64,000 bases of DNA, taken from Savitreella phatthalungensis. Lineage: Eukaryota. Positions 11,290 through 23,298 of this stretch are shown here, piece by piece. The notes beneath the pieces are model-generated. The model was not told the origin of the DNA. It saw nothing but the letters and a program-made list of their open reading frames with translations, and searched no databases. Positions within the stretch are counted from its first letter, which is position 1. Each line of letters starts with the position of its first letter. Where the stretch lies: contig AP039713.1 in the NCBI GenBank assembly GCA_051599415.1, positions 1 to 64,000 on the forward strand. The letters are read 5' to 3'. Position numbers and translations under genes: made by a program.

Positions 11290-12081
11290 ATGGGACGTGG
11301 ACCTCAGAAGCACTTGAAGCGATTGGCGGCGCCGAGCCACTGGATGCTGGACAAGCTGTCCGGCACCTATGCTCCGCGTCCGATGGCCGGTCCGCACAAG
11401 CTGCGTGAGTGCCTGCCACTTATCGTCTTCCTTCGCAATCGCCTCAAATACGCTCTGAACGGTCGCGAAGTCAAGGCTATTCTCATGCAGCGTCTTGTGC
11501 AGGTCGATGGAAAGGTTCGCACAGAGTCGACCTACCCAGCTGGTTTCCAGGATGTCATCTCGCTCGAGAAGACTGGCGAGCACTTCCGTCTCCTTTTCGA
11601 CACAAAGGGACGATTCACCATTCACCGCATCTCAGCCGATGAAGCTGCCTACAAGCTCTGCAAGGTCAAGAAGGTACAGCTTGGTGCTAAGGGCATTCCA
11701 TACGCCGTCACACACGATGGTCGTACCATCCGCTACCCTGATCCGCTCATTAAGGCCAACGACACGATCAAGCTCGATCTAACCACTGGCAAGATTGTCG
11801 ATTTCCTCAAATTCGAGGTCGGCCAGCAGTGCACTATTATCGGCGGTCGTAACAAGGGTCGTGTCGGTATCATCACTCACCGCGAGCGCCACGAGGGTTC
11901 ATTCGAGGTCATTCACGTCAAGGATGCTCTTGACCGCACGTTCGCCACTCGTCTCGCCAACGTCTTCTGCATTGGTGAGTCTGGTAAGGCATGGATCTCG
12001 CTGCCGAAGGGCAAGGGTGTCAAGCTCACCATTTCTGAAGAGCGCGACCGTCGCCGTGCTCAGGCTGCTGCCGCTCTTTAA
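11290..12081 (+). CDS. RPS4: 40S ribosomal protein eS4
   Basis: [22 protein letters not shown]...; full-length 263 aa. Confidence 0.99.
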   Translation: MGRGPQKHLKRLAAPSHWMLDKLSGTYAPRPMAGPHKLRECLPLIVFLRNRLKYALNGREVKAILMQRLVQVDGKVRTESTYPAGFQDVISLEKTGEHFRLLFDTKGRFTIHRISADEAAYKLCKVKKVQLGAKGIPYAVTHDGRTIRYPDPLIKANDTIKLDLTTGKIVDFLKFEVGQQCTIIGGRNKGRVGIITHRERHEGSFEVIHVKDALDRTFATRLANVFCIGESGKAWISLPKGKGVKLTISEERDRRRAQAAAAL

Positions 12082-12506
12082 GAAAGCATTTTTAACGACT
12101 TTAAACAACTGATCATTCGTTCCGCAAAAACTCAAAGAGGTGCATCGAGGAGAGCCTGCTCTGCGCTGGAGACATCGTACGAAGGCCCTCGACATCCACA
12201 TATAGGCCGTTTGGGATTCGCCATGTGCTCGATGAAGTTTCGATGGTCCTTGTCGTTTCCTTTACTGCTTGTAACTGTGGCCTTGAGTCCTACTGAAATG
12301 CCTGAAATCCAGAGAATTGAGAATTGAGCTCAAGATACAGACTTCAATCAGATCTATCCAAAATTACATGCGTTGTCCAATCACATGATAGAAGCGTTAT
12401 GTCTGATCACACATATCATGTGAATGACGCTATATGTACGCTCGGCAGGTGATCGACACCTGCAGCATTTGTCGCTTTGAGGGCGTTGACCGATCGCCCG
12501 CAGGAC

Positions 12507-13361
12507 ATGGCGTACTTGACAGATCGGAAAGGCTCCTTAGTAGACGATGCTGCACCGGTCGCTCGTCTTAGAGAAGGAAGGCGGTCATCGTGGGCGGATA
12601 CACACCTGGAGATCCCTTCAGACTTTGACCCATCGAAACGTAAATCGAGCATCGGTGTTTTTCAGTTCGTGCCGCTCGACCGAGAGGATATTCGGAGTGA
12701 AAAATTGATGATGGCCTCTCCTCCGACCTCACCCGAGCCGCGGGAGGCGGCGAGAGAGTACCTTCAGCGCGACTCATCTCCCGCGCCGGCAAAATCAGAT
12801 GTCGGACCGAGTTTATTGGCCAGCTTTCTGAACTCTGCAGTGGAAGCGATGACCGCCGCAGGGAATACGCTGGATCCATACATCCAGCATGACGCGCATC
12901 TAGCGGCACAGCGGCGGCATGCTAAGGGCAAAGGGAAGGCTGGTGCCGTGCTCGATCATACTGACGCGCAATTGTCCCGAGGAACAGATGATGCAGGCCG
13001 GCCTCGAGACGAGACACAAGCCTTTGGAAACCAAGGCCGAAGCAACGATACTCTAGAAAGATGGCAACTTACAGCTGATCACCAAAGGGTTCCTCCCGTT
13101 GCCATCGCCAGCACGGCAGGCTCATCCATCAGACCACCAGTAGACGGCGCTCTCGCGGCAACGGCAGGTATGTTCGCTGCGCAGCAATCACAGCGATTCC
13201 TGATGACCGGTTCCTCAATGCAGACGGCCGAGCCGCAGATAGACCTCGAAGCAGCGCTCAGCCAGACTCTCGACGGTGTCGAGCGCAAAGTCAAGGATTT
13301 TTGGTCCTGGCTGACGAACGCGAGTGCTGACACGAGTTCAAATGAGTCTGGGCAGCTCTAG
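12507..13361 (+). CDS. Hypothetical disordered protein
   Basis: ~285-aa ORF from first ATG, protein-like composition; no recognised domain. Confidence 0.65.
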   Translation: MAYLTDRKGSLVDDAAPVARLREGRRSSWADTHLEIPSDFDPSKRKSSIGVFQFVPLDREDIRSEKLMMASPPTSPEPREAAREYLQRDSSPAPAKSDVGPSLLASFLNSAVEAMTAAGNTLDPYIQHDAHLAAQRRHAKGKGKAGAVLDHTDAQLSRGTDDAGRPRDETQAFGNQGRSNDTLERWQLTADHQRVPPVAIASTAGSSIRPPVDGALAATAGMFAAQQSQRFLMTGSSMQTAEPQIDLEAALSQTLDGVERKVKDFWSWLTNASADTSSNESGQL

Positions 13362-13376
13362 AACCCTTACCGCTGG

Positions 13377-13874
13377 TCACCCTTCAATGTCAGCCTGATC
13401 ACCGTGCGTTGCAACCGTTTTGACATTTTCTGCCACGCTGCGAAGCGCACTGGCCCATTTGATAATGCCCGGCGAGTCTGCCGCATGTAGACGAATGAAT
13501 TCGACCATATTACGACGCATCACGTCTGGCGATCGCAAAGTCTCGTCCTCACGTAGTAGTGCCCCAGCTATAGCTGCTCTCGTTTCATCCGAAAGCGATG
13601 CGGACTGGTGCATAGTAGAGCGAATCTTTGTGCACAATTGCGAATGTGCACCTGATGTCAGCTTGGATGGCGCGCTAAGCACAATGTCGATGGTTGAATC
13701 CAGGCGTGCTTGGCTGATTCCTGGTGACGGTGAATTGGACTGGCTACGGGCTAGAAGCGGTGTCGCCGATCGAGACTCTCTTCTGATCTGTGCAAGAGGC
13801 GGAGCATCATTCCAATGCTTCCCGTGCGCGATCGGGCGCGATTGATGCGACATAGTTTCTTCCTCGGCTGTCAT
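13377..13874 (-). CDS. Hypothetical protein
   Basis: 165-aa ATG ORF filling the gap between neighbours. Confidence 0.55.
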   Translation of the reverse strand: MTAEEETMSHQSRPIAHGKHWNDAPPLAQIRRESRSATPLLARSQSNSPSPGISQARLDSTIDIVLSAPSKLTSGAHSQLCTKIRSTMHQSASLSDETRAAIAGALLREDETLRSPDVMRRNMVEFIRLHAADSPGIIKWASALRSVAENVKTVATHGDQADIEG

Positions 13875-14056
13875 GGGCCACTACAGGTTGTCCGCTCGTA
13901 CGGAATTTCGGGCTCCTTAGTGAAGGTCAGCATTGCGTTGCTATATTTGGGTGGGCTTGCATATGCGACGGTGATGGAGTATTTTGAGAATCGATCTTTA
14001 CAGGAAAGGCCAAGTGAACTCTTTAAATAGTTGCCTGGTGTCTCTTGCTCGTCAGC

Positions 14057-17000
14057 ATGAGCCAGCAAGACCGGCCGCTTCGAGCGCCCTCGAAGCGGTG
14101 GGTTGCAAATAGGCCAACTTATGATTATGATGACTGGTCGGACGACGAAACAGATGGGTTGTCAACCGGCGCACCAGCAAAGTTCGCTGATGCTGAAGAT
14201 TTGCGCAGCCAATTTGAGGAGGCCAGGAGGCTACAGAATGAGCGGCATCCTGCCCTGCGACCCCCGCAAAGACCATCGACACAGGACGGACGTGCGAAAG
14301 CGCCTTGGGAAGACGATGATGAACAAAAAGCTGCTGCATCGACTCCGTTCAAGCCGCCCGCTACGGCGCAGTCTGTGGGGTCTGTGACTGGAATTCGTGG
14401 CGCGCCCCCCAATCCTCCGATCGTCGCCCGATTGCGCACACCAAGTCCAAGTCGGCCTTGCCCGCTGTCCAGCGCCCAAACAGAGCCGCGAGTGAACGCT
14501 CCTGAAGATATGAGTCGGTCCTCGCTGCCCTATGATGGCCAAACCTTCCAGCAACCTGCCACGTCCGCTCAGACGAGCTCTACAAACCATACGCTGACTA
14601 GCCCGCAGGTGCCACGGTATCCCCATGATTTTCAGCTCAGTGCTCGCGCACTGACGGATGGCATGCTGGACACCGCTCGATCGATTCCAGTTACAGAGAC
14701 ACGACGGAACTCTATCGGTACAGCGGACGCGGTTGATGAGGTGGAGAAGGCATCACCCGTCACCTCCGAGGATGTGGTCGCCGCCGCCAGCGGTACAACT
14801 TTGCGAACGCCTTCGATTATGCTTACCGCGAATAATTGGGCGGAAAAAAAGCGTCTTCTCAAGGAGCACCTAGGCATCAATCACGGACCGGACACTCTGA
14901 CCACATCTACATCCACATCACCGCCTCCCGTGCCAAAGATACCGCAGATATCATCTGCTGACTCTCCTGCGAAAACTTCGTATCACGAAGACGGCGACTG
15001 GTTCAGCCATCCACAGATAATGAGGACGGCAGCGTCTGTGGAAGCGCCCGTTTACGAAGCACCGGAATTGCTAAAGACACTCCATGAGGAGGACGAAGAG
15101 GAAGTGACTGTGCCCGCGCTGAATCAGCCTGCGTCAGAAATGCCTGGAGCTCTGGCCCCGCTCCCTGTCAAGGATGAGTTTGCAGCTATTCGCAGCCCGA
15201 CTCCGGAGATGTCCGCGGGCACAGCGAGAACGCCCGCCCTTCGTAGGCTCATCACTGACACAAGCGCACATTCTGGCGAGCCCGAATACTCTCCTAGCAT
15301 GTATTCGGCAGCCTTTGTCAACAGCGCAGGGGAGAGCAAGGAGCAATCAGTCCGAGAAACGAGCCCATCGACTCCGACGGATCCTGAGCTGCCTACACCT
15401 CTGCACTCCACAGGTATGTCGCCAGATGATGGGTCACGCATCTCTATGGCGTCGACGTTGAGGCAGACGCCACAGAAGGTATTGAATACCTCGCGGTTTT
15501 CAGAGGCTTCGACTGTGCCGCAGACGCCTGTCTCGCAGCACGTCAGCCGCGAGATCGATATGACAGATGCGACAGAGGAGCACAATACGCCTGTGTCCAT
15601 GTCGGGCCTTGATGGAATAACTCATATCAATGACGCCGACGAATATCACTTCGACATGCGGGACAGCTTCAATCCTGCAATACTCGTTGATCGCTATCAT
15701 ATGGCGGAATCAGATGCGGGATCTTTACGCACGCGGGAAAATAGCCAAGCGCTGGTTGCTGAAATAGAAGAAGCGGTGCTAGAACCAGGGCCTTCCAGCC
15801 ATTCACAACCTGTAGAGCGATCAGCGACCGAGTCTCCAGCCTCGGAGGATCTCGACCCGCGACAGTCCGCCAGCGAACAGATGCTGGAAGAGATGATGCG
15901 TGAGCTCGCAGCGGATACGCCCACGGCAGATGCTGCGACTGAGAGGTTTGATGCGGCTACGAAGGAGGTATCAGTCGAGGACAAGCGTGCTTCTGCCAGA
16001 AGCCTGACGTCAGTGCTTGATAAAGCACTCCCGCAGAATCCGCGACGGCATGGAGTGGTAGATCTGCGGTCGCCATCGCTGGAGGAACATTCTCGGGCTT
16101 CTTCAGACCCACTTCGCGCAGAAGGCGCGTCGATCAGGTCCATTGGAACAAGATCCGAAGGTATTGAGGATGTCACGGAAAGATCGCTTTCGTTGCGAGA
16201 CCCGTCAGAAGCCGCACATGATCTTGAGTTCGACAACGCGTTAACAGGCCGCCGCAAGCGAAGCGACTCGGCCGGCTCGCGCTTCTTAGAAATGATGGAC
16301 GCAAATTCTCTGCGAAACACACAGCTCGCGATAGGTTCTGCAGTCAGATCTCCAGAAGCATCCAACCACGCCACGCCAGATGTCGCGCCCATCGATCGAA
16401 GAGTACTGGATCTGAAGGACGTGAAGAATCTCATCACAGCTTCGCAAAGAATCGATGAATACAGGCGACGGACGCGGCTCATCGAGGTTCAAGCTTCTGG
16501 TCTGCGTGAGTACCTCTATCGAGCAAGACAGCTGAGAGATCAACGCGGAGAGCGCATGCCCGTGGCAGCTCCTGCGTCTGCGGGCGCAGGCGAGCCAACT
16601 AAAACAACTTTAGCGGACAGGCTCATCCCTTCAAATATCTCTCATTCAACACAGCGGACTGTCGACCGCTCGAAGGATGCCGCTAAGGGCTTGTTCCGCA
16701 AAGGAAAACATCTTTTTGGACACAATGGGCCCAGCTCGGCTAATTCGACAGGAGGACGCAGTGTGTCGGCAGCCTTTTCCAATATGCGCCCGTCTTCGAG
16801 CAAGATACGCATCGTTTCGGGCCCTGCCGGATATCGTGCTAGCCAGCCGGCTATCCCGAGCTCTCCCGGCGTCGATCCAGCGCTTGAAAATCGCCGGACC
16901 TCACTGGCCAGTTCAACGGCTCCCCCATCGTACACCGCGTCGCCGCCGCAAACGTCGCGCGCCACGGGCTTGATCAGCTCCCTGCGCGAGAGTGATCTAC

Positions 17001-17257
17001 CTGCCTTGCCACCGGGTGATCCGCTCCACGGCACGAAACCTTCATCAATCGCATTGTCTCTTGACAGCATGGACAGCGAACGGCTGGACGTGGTGCCACC
17101 CTCAAGGCTTGCTAGCAGCGAAGCTCCCCCTGATGGTGTAACGCGGATCCGCGTTTTCATGCCGCATCTGCCCGAGCACGTAATCGAACATGCCCTTCGT
17201 CAGAATGACGGTGACGACGCCCGCGCTCTCGGCTGGCTGATGATGCACCACTCATAG
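14057..17257 (+). CDS. Large disordered protein with C-terminal CUE/UBA-like domain (possibly Fyv8-like)
   Basis: ~1066 aa, S/P/E-rich; C-terminus FMPHLPEHVIEHALRQNDGDDARALGWLM resembles CUE. Confidence 0.75.
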   Translation: MSQQDRPLRAPSKRWVANRPTYDYDDWSDDETDGLSTGAPAKFADAEDLRSQFEEARRLQNERHPALRPPQRPSTQDGRAKAPWEDDDEQKAAASTPFKPPATAQSVGSVTGIRGAPPNPPIVARLRTPSPSRPCPLSSAQTEPRVNAPEDMSRSSLPYDGQTFQQPATSAQTSSTNHTLTSPQVPRYPHDFQLSARALTDGMLDTARSIPVTETRRNSIGTADAVDEVEKASPVTSEDVVAAASGTTLRTPSIMLTANNWAEKKRLLKEHLGINHGPDTLTTSTSTSPPPVPKIPQISSADSPAKTSYHEDGDWFSHPQIMRTAASVEAPVYEAPELLKTLHEEDEEEVTVPALNQPASEMPGALAPLPVKDEFAAIRSPTPEMSAGTARTPALRRLITDTSAHSGEPEYSPSMYSAAFVNSAGESKEQSVRETSPSTPTDPELPTPLHSTGMSPDDGSRISMASTLRQTPQKVLNTSRFSEASTVPQTPVSQHVSREIDMTDATEEHNTPVSMSGLDGITHINDADEYHFDMRDSFNPAILVDRYHMAESDAGSLRTRENSQALVAEIEEAVLEPGPSSHSQPVERSATESPASEDLDPRQSASEQMLEEMMRELAADTPTADAATERFDAATKEVSVEDKRASARSLTSVLDKALPQNPRRHGVVDLRSPSLEEHSRASSDPLRAEGASIRSIGTRSEGIEDVTERSLSLRDPSEAAHDLEFDNALTGRRKRSDSAGSRFLEMMDANSLRNTQLAIGSAVRSPEASNHATPDVAPIDRRVLDLKDVKNLITASQRIDEYRRRTRLIEVQASGLREYLYRARQLRDQRGERMPVAAPASAGAGEPTKTTLADRLIPSNISHSTQRTVDRSKDAAKGLFRKGKHLFGHNGPSSANSTGGRSVSAAFSNMRPSSSKIRIVSGPAGYRASQPAIPSSPGVDPALENRRTSLASSTAPPSYTASPPQTSRATGLISSLRESDLPALPPGDPLHGTKPSSIALSLDSMDSERLDVVPPSRLASSEAPPDGVTRIRVFMPHLPEHVIEHALRQNDGDDARALGWLMMHHS

Positions 17258-17359
17258 GCTCTGTCATTGACAATGCCGAATCACGATTCTGAAGGACGTG
17301 TATAGTCTATAGTCACTGAAACGTTATTTCATACATAATAAAGTGTACCATCTGCCTCT

Positions 17360-18958
17360 TCAAACGGTAAGAATGAAAACGCCTGCGATCAATGGGAGGC
17401 ACCAGAGCACTCTCGTCAATCGGGATGCGCTGGATCGCGCGTTTGAAGGGGCACCTTTCGCGAGAGCCGACCAAGGCTGCGACACCATGGAATTTGAGCC
17501 CGATGTCGTGGCAGAGGAAGCGTTGCCGGCCAATGAGTTCACAGCCCCCGGAGAGGAACTGTTGTAAATTGCGTGAGGTATGCCGAAAGTGCCCTTGCCA
17601 ATTGCGGTGACATTAGTAGCGGACGAGTACCGAATCTGAGCAATCGCGATTTGTGCCTGATCGAAGTTGAACACCACGTAGGCGGATCTCAAGAAGGTAT
17701 CACCGAGCAGATAGTAAGATGAAATAGCCTGCGCCACAATGCCCAGGCGGCACATCTCGACACCATTGCTTCGGCTGACCAAGTCTATCAAGAGAGAGAC
17801 GGGAGCACGAATCACCGCATTGTTCTGAAAGTGAAAATCAACCGTGGTCGAAGACGAAACGGTGTTGCACTGATAATAGACTTGTGAGTTTTGTACTGTA
17901 CCACCGATGCTGCTGGCGATCGCGCTGACTGCCCCAGCCGGCAGGTAGGTGAGCGTCGTGCCGGAATCCAGCACAGCTGTGGCCGCCACAGCAGTGGTGC
18001 TCGCCGACCCATTGACCCCGATTGACACAAGCTGGACCTGTAGTGTGTTCTGAGTCGGGGAGGTGATTGGCAACACAATCAGATTACCCTGATATTTGGC
18101 GGCATCGACGCCGCCGAGCAAGACGTTGCCGCTTCCCTTATCATCAAGATAAAGCGAGTAAGCCTGGCTGGCTAGGACCCCCTGTCTGACGAGTTCGGTC
18201 AAAATTGTCGGAGAGTTGAACGCATATGCTGTGCCTGCAGTGGTCCCAGTGATACTGCTCTGAACCGCTGCGGTCAGCGAGCTGTAGCCAGCAAGAGCAG
18301 TCACTGGCGAGAGTCCGAGAATGCCACCGGTTATACCGGTCGACACCGGATCATACTGAAAGGAGCACAGACCAAATGTCATGTTCCAATTGAGCCCAGC
18401 CCATGTCGCAACATCCTGCACGATTGTTCCGAGGGCTACAGATGTGTCAACGTAGGTGATCTGGTAAGCTAGGCCTACTAGCGGGCTGAAGGAAGAGCTC
18501 GAGCTCGCTGTGAAGCACCCTGCAGTGCCACGACAGACGCTAGATTGCAGCTGTTGCGTCGTTGACCCCGCGCTACTGCCTGATGGCGTCAGAGCCGATA
18601 TATTACTGCTGGACAGCCACGTCAATGGTGAGCCCGAATCCAGAATAAGCTTCACAGTCTGTGCAGGCGTGCCAATATGAATGCTAGCTAAGTATCCAGA
18701 TGTATCGGTCGATATTGTCACACCGGCCAGTGCTGGATAAGAGCCCGAGGCACGCTTGGCAAGGAGAGCTTGCCATTCGAGTCCGGAGACGCGTTCGAGC
18801 GGCAACTCGACGTAACCAATAGAAGCGACGCGCTTCCATCTTGAGTTCGTCGTCGTCGACACCAGAGAGTCTTCGTACCCAGCGGGGGGAATCACTTTGC
18901 TTCCCTGGCAGCAACAAGCAATGATCGCAATAGCGCCACCGATAGGAACAAATCTCAT
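17360..18958 (-). CDS. GPI-anchored yapsin-like aspartic protease
   Basis: Signal peptide, KR sites, catalytic LILDSGS and VLDSGTT, LLGDTFLRSAYVVF, hydrophobic GPI tail. Confidence 0.93.
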   Translation of the reverse strand: MRFVPIGGAIAIIACCCQGSKVIPPAGYEDSLVSTTTNSRWKRVASIGYVELPLERVSGLEWQALLAKRASGSYPALAGVTISTDTSGYLASIHIGTPAQTVKLILDSGSPLTWLSSSNISALTPSGSSAGSTTQQLQSSVCRGTAGCFTASSSSSFSPLVGLAYQITYVDTSVALGTIVQDVATWAGLNWNMTFGLCSFQYDPVSTGITGGILGLSPVTALAGYSSLTAAVQSSITGTTAGTAYAFNSPTILTELVRQGVLASQAYSLYLDDKGSGNVLLGGVDAAKYQGNLIVLPITSPTQNTLQVQLVSIGVNGSASTTAVAATAVLDSGTTLTYLPAGAVSAIASSIGGTVQNSQVYYQCNTVSSSTTVDFHFQNNAVIRAPVSLLIDLVSRSNGVEMCRLGIVAQAISSYYLLGDTFLRSAYVVFNFDQAQIAIAQIRYSSATNVTAIGKGTFGIPHAIYNSSSPGAVNSLAGNASSATTSGSNSMVSQPWSALAKGAPSNARSSASRLTRVLWCLPLIAGVFILTV

Positions 18959-19676
18959 CGAAGGATAAGCACTCCGATGTACTCGACCCGTCGTCCGCCC
19001 TGACCTTATAAGTGGAGTAGCATCAATGGCATCTCGGCTTGGCAGGCTCGCGCCCTATTGAGATGCTCGGGGGATGTCGTGCATCTCAGCAACGAGCATT
19101 TCAGAACGGGTCAATGACGACGCACCGCCGAGACTTGTTGAGGAAGGCTCAAGATACCTCTGAGACACCAGCGTGCTCAGTACCAGTCAAATAAGTAATC
19201 CGAACGCATGTTTCCGCACTTGCAGCACGGCTATGCAGAACGTTGGCCAGGCAGATCTTCTTCATACTTGGGTAGGCTGGTTACAGCTGAAGAATCATCC
19301 GACCCCAGTATAGGGACAAATGCGCCAGCCAAAGCTCGAAATTTCATAGGCCGCCTCCATATTTTGCCAAGCAGACCTTGTCAATCTTGGAAGGGAGCGA
19401 TGAAATCCATCGTCCCTAAGCATGGTCAAAAGGTTTGTCCTTCTCGGAGTACAAAGACAGCGGGTGCTAGACTAGAAGCCTAGGGTTACTGATCGTACAC
19501 GTGTTCGCTCTGACGTCCTAAGCTGCCGCACAACCCGAGAAGTCCTGAAATTTGAACGCCGTGGTCGAGTCATCCGTGCTGTATTCTTGACAACAGCTGG
19601 CCTACAAAATCAGAAATTTCGAAACGTGGGCGTGACCAGGACGCGTCCGCTTCATTTGACGGGTTGTATATCTACC

Positions 19677-20591
19677 ATGTCGCTTGCTCGGGGTGCAGCA
19701 GTGGCTCTAGACAATATTCCCACATCGATCCACGATGCCTTGCCAGGTATCGATACCATTAGCTCGACCAGCAAAGGTCTTTTTGGCGACTTCGACGGCC
19801 ACTCCTTCTGGACGTCCTTGACAATGATTGTGATTTCTGAGCTCGGCGATAAGACCTTCCTCGTGGCTGCGCTGATGGCGATGAAGCATGATCGGCTTAC
19901 AGTCTTCCTCGGGGCCTTCGCTGCCTTACTCATAATGTCTATCCTATCAGCGTTGCTCGGCCATACGATGCCATCATTACTTCCAAAATGGCTGACACAG
20001 CTGCTGGCCGCCGGCCTCTTTTTCGTATTCGGCGTACGAATGCTCCGCGAAGGATTGGAGATGAGCAAGGATGCTACAGTCAAAGAGGAGATGCTTGAGG
20101 TTGAGCATGAGATTGAAGATGCAGAGGGTAAAATGGAGTCGGGTACAGCAGGCTCAAATTCGCGCGCAGTGGAGCGAGGACACGCGTCGTCGCAGTCGGC
20201 AGATTTCCGCAATCCGGAACTCGGAGCTCAGCGCAGTGTCATTAAATCCCTGACGAGCGGATTTCGAGATCAAGTCGAGTCAATGATCAATCTGATGTCG
20301 CTTGTTCTGTCACCAGTCTTCGTCCAAACGTTCTCGCTCACCTTCTTGGGAGAGTGGGGCGATCGTTCGCAAATCGCGACGATCGCGATGGCTGCAGGGT
20401 CTGAGTACGGCTGGGTCATCATCGGAACTGTGCTTGGGCATTCTTTGTGTACCGCTCTGGCAGTGGTCGGCGGCCGATTGTTGGCTAGCAAGATATCTGT
20501 CAGGACAGTCACTCTATGCGGTGGCGCGCTGTTCCTCGCCTTCGGGGCGCTCTACGGACTTGAACTCTTGGGCTACGAGCTGATCGGTTGA
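19677..20591 (+). CDS. GDT1: GDT1/TMEM165 (UPF0016) Ca2+/Mn2+ transporter
   Basis: Two E-x-G-D-K/R motifs (SELGDKTF, GEWGDRSQ). Confidence 0.96.
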   Translation: MSLARGAAVALDNIPTSIHDALPGIDTISSTSKGLFGDFDGHSFWTSLTMIVISELGDKTFLVAALMAMKHDRLTVFLGAFAALLIMSILSALLGHTMPSLLPKWLTQLLAAGLFFVFGVRMLREGLEMSKDATVKEEMLEVEHEIEDAEGKMESGTAGSNSRAVERGHASSQSADFRNPELGAQRSVIKSLTSGFRDQVESMINLMSLVLSPVFVQTFSLTFLGEWGDRSQIATIAMAAGSEYGWVIIGTVLGHSLCTALAVVGGRLLASKISVRTVTLCGGALFLAFGALYGLELLGYELIG

Positions 20592-21642
20592 CCCGCCTCT
20601 AGTGGCCGGTCTGGATCGAAACGAGATGATCGCTTGTACAAATAATGGCATGCATGCATAGATCTGTCCTTCTACATGATGACAAACCGGGTAGTCTGTT
20701 CAAAGCGAATGATGGGGCGTTTGGAATCGTCAGGGACCCTTCCACGTCATTCCATCGTGCGTGGCAGAAGCAACGTCGAGTAATGCCAAAATCACTGCAG
20801 CGATTCGTGATCGAGAAACTCAAAGTCCGGTTGACGTGCAGCGCAGAACCATATCCATATCAATAAGTGTATTCGCCTCAGACGGCGAGCAACCACGCCT
20901 TTCGTAGTCTCGTGAGTTTTGCGAGCTATAGCAGGCGGTCTCCAGTCTATCCTTTTACAGTCAGTGCTTCACACAGTTCTCTGTTGGCAGTACGGTATGT
21001 GCATTCATATGAAGCTGAATATGGAGGTACGTGTGTACGTGTTGTTTATTTCGCAGGTCTGTGAGTTCTTATTTTGATCAACCACCTCGTTCCCCAATTG
21101 TCCTATTCGCCCAGCAGAAAATCAAGCCAAGTTAAAATTTGGTTTTTGACCAAGGCAAGCGACCGCTCTTGTCTTATGTGGGTCAGTCCAATCCCATCCA
21201 ATCCTCCTCATTCGAATCCAATCAAACCCACTATTAATATATATAGCCGGGTCTGACGGGCTTCCGATCTAGCATCACCTTCGAATCAAGCATCACCTGA
21301 TAAGACATTGGTAGAGCAAAAGCAGCAAGCTTGAGCGGGAGGAATGACCAGCAGCCTCATCCAATACACAAAGACTTTGACATTTTCAGATCAAGGTTAT
21401 TGAGCTTTCTGGGAACTCAAAAGCATTCCTGCGGCCAGTGCTAACAAGGAGTCACGCGTTCACCCACCTTCTAAGCAAAAATATTCTGGGTGTCTCTCCA
21501 CAAGCGCTTGGAAAGCAGCTTCTGGACAACAGCTGTTTTCATCATCGCTCAATCGACTTGATTTGCGGACAAGCGCATGGCTGTTGGGCTGAACGCTCTT
21601 TAAGATCGTCGCGTAGTCTCTTGCACTCACCAGGTATCGGTG

Positions 21643-23241
21643 ATGGCGCGCTTCAGGCCGCTCACGCCCGGCGCTGTCTGCCTGATCGTTGCTTTTGTGC
21701 TATTACTCCTCACTGTCATCTCGGCCCCGATCACGCGCTTCAGTAGCCTAGGCAGCGCTTCAGGTGTAAAATTCGGCGTCTTCGGCTATTGTACAAACAA
21801 GGGTGTCTGCTCGAGCGTACAAATTGGCTATGCTATGGACAGCGTTCTCAATAGCCAGACTGCTTACGCGAGGAGACAGCTAACGTCCTCTAGCACAGGA
21901 AACAGTGGAGGCGGCGCGGCCGGCACAGGCACTGGCAGTAGTAGCACGCAGTCTACCGCCACAAGCTCCTCAGCTCTAAGCAATTCGAACTTCAACCTCC
22001 CCAGCAGCGCCAGAAACGGCCTCTCAAATGTCCTAATTGTACATGTGGTTGCTGCTGGTCTGACCCTCGTTCTTCTGTTCTTCACATTGGTCGCGCACGT
22101 TCGTGGGCCCGCAGACTCTCCGGCGTTTCTCACAAGCACTTTCTTGCTCTCCCTGCTTACTTTTCTCCTCACGCTTCTCGCATTTCTTGTCGATATTCTC
22201 ATCTTTGTACCGAACATCGACTGGGGCACGTGGGCGACGCTTGTGGCTACAATTTTCAATGCTGCTGGTGCGATGCTCATTTGTGCGGGCAAGCGTAGCT
22301 TGTCCGCACGCAAAGCCATGCGCGCTCGACGGATCGCCAACGATGAACCTTCAGGTTTCCAGATGCAGCAGCCCTCGAGTCCACGGGCTGAGACGGAGGA
22401 TGATATGCTTGCGAAAGCTACCGTACCACGGTTTGCCCAATTTGAGGTTGCGGAACACGACTCCAGAGAAAGTTTGGAACCGTCGATGCGTAGCGAGCAG
22501 AATCCTACACTATCTCGCCCTCCGGTCTATGATTCCGCATTCCGTTTGCCTCATCGACGCAATGAGGCACAAACGATTCCTGCAGTCGATACAGCCATGC
22601 AGGACAGCGCTTACGACGAAGGATTCGCTTCCCACGGGACTTTCCGACATAATGAGCCACGCACGCAATACCATGATGACATCGCTTTCGCAGATTCTGA
22701 TTATCCCAACGAGCCTTACGCGGATGATGGTCAGTACGAGCCTCCGACCCTTGGCGTGCCCGAAGTCTTTCCTGCTGGACAGCCCGGCATTCCTAATCAG
22801 CGCAGGCACTACGACGGCTACTCGACACCACCTCGACAGCCGAGGTCGCCAGGCACAGTCTCGAATTCGTCTCATTTCACGTCAGTCTCACAAAGGGGCA
22901 TAAACCCGCGCTGGGCAGCTGACAATCCATACGAGGCTGGCCAACAGCAGCAAAGGTCCATGGTGCCAAGACGTCCGGGGGGCACCGGCCTGCCGCGACC
23001 TCCTTCTCAGCGCGATTTACAGGCAGAGGCGACACGCAGAAGACACCAACAGCAAGATGAAATTCTTGCAGGCAACCCAGACTTTCAATTGTCAAGCGGC
23101 GCAGGGCTTCCTTCGACACGGCGTCTGCCACGTCGTGCGCAGGTCGGACCGTCCCGCCTCGGACCCGGCACGACGTCAGGGGCGGGCCTAATCGCCTCAC
23201 TGCGCGGCAATGATCCCTATGCGATCGCTAAAATTACCTAG
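21643..23241 (+). CDS. RIM9: PalI/RIM9 (SUR7 family) pH-response membrane protein
   Basis: FGVFGYC..C..IGY motif, 4 TM segments, long disordered tail with SHFTSVSQRGINPRW. Confidence 0.88.
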   Translation: MARFRPLTPGAVCLIVAFVLLLLTVISAPITRFSSLGSASGVKFGVFGYCTNKGVCSSVQIGYAMDSVLNSQTAYARRQLTSSSTGNSGGGAAGTGTGSSSTQSTATSSSALSNSNFNLPSSARNGLSNVLIVHVVAAGLTLVLLFFTLVAHVRGPADSPAFLTSTFLLSLLTFLLTLLAFLVDILIFVPNIDWGTWATLVATIFNAAGAMLICAGKRSLSARKAMRARRIANDEPSGFQMQQPSSPRAETEDDMLAKATVPRFAQFEVAEHDSRESLEPSMRSEQNPTLSRPPVYDSAFRLPHRRNEAQTIPAVDTAMQDSAYDEGFASHGTFRHNEPRTQYHDDIAFADSDYPNEPYADDGQYEPPTLGVPEVFPAGQPGIPNQRRHYDGYSTPPRQPRSPGTVSNSSHFTSVSQRGINPRWAADNPYEAGQQQQRSMVPRRPGGTGLPRPPSQRDLQAEATRRRHQQQDEILAGNPDFQLSSGAGLPSTRRLPRRAQVGPSRLGPGTTSGAGLIASLRGNDPYAIAKIT

Positions 23242-23298
23242 ACCATGTAGATCCTCGTCATACAGATGTATCATTAGCCTCGGAGATCGTCTGAGCAA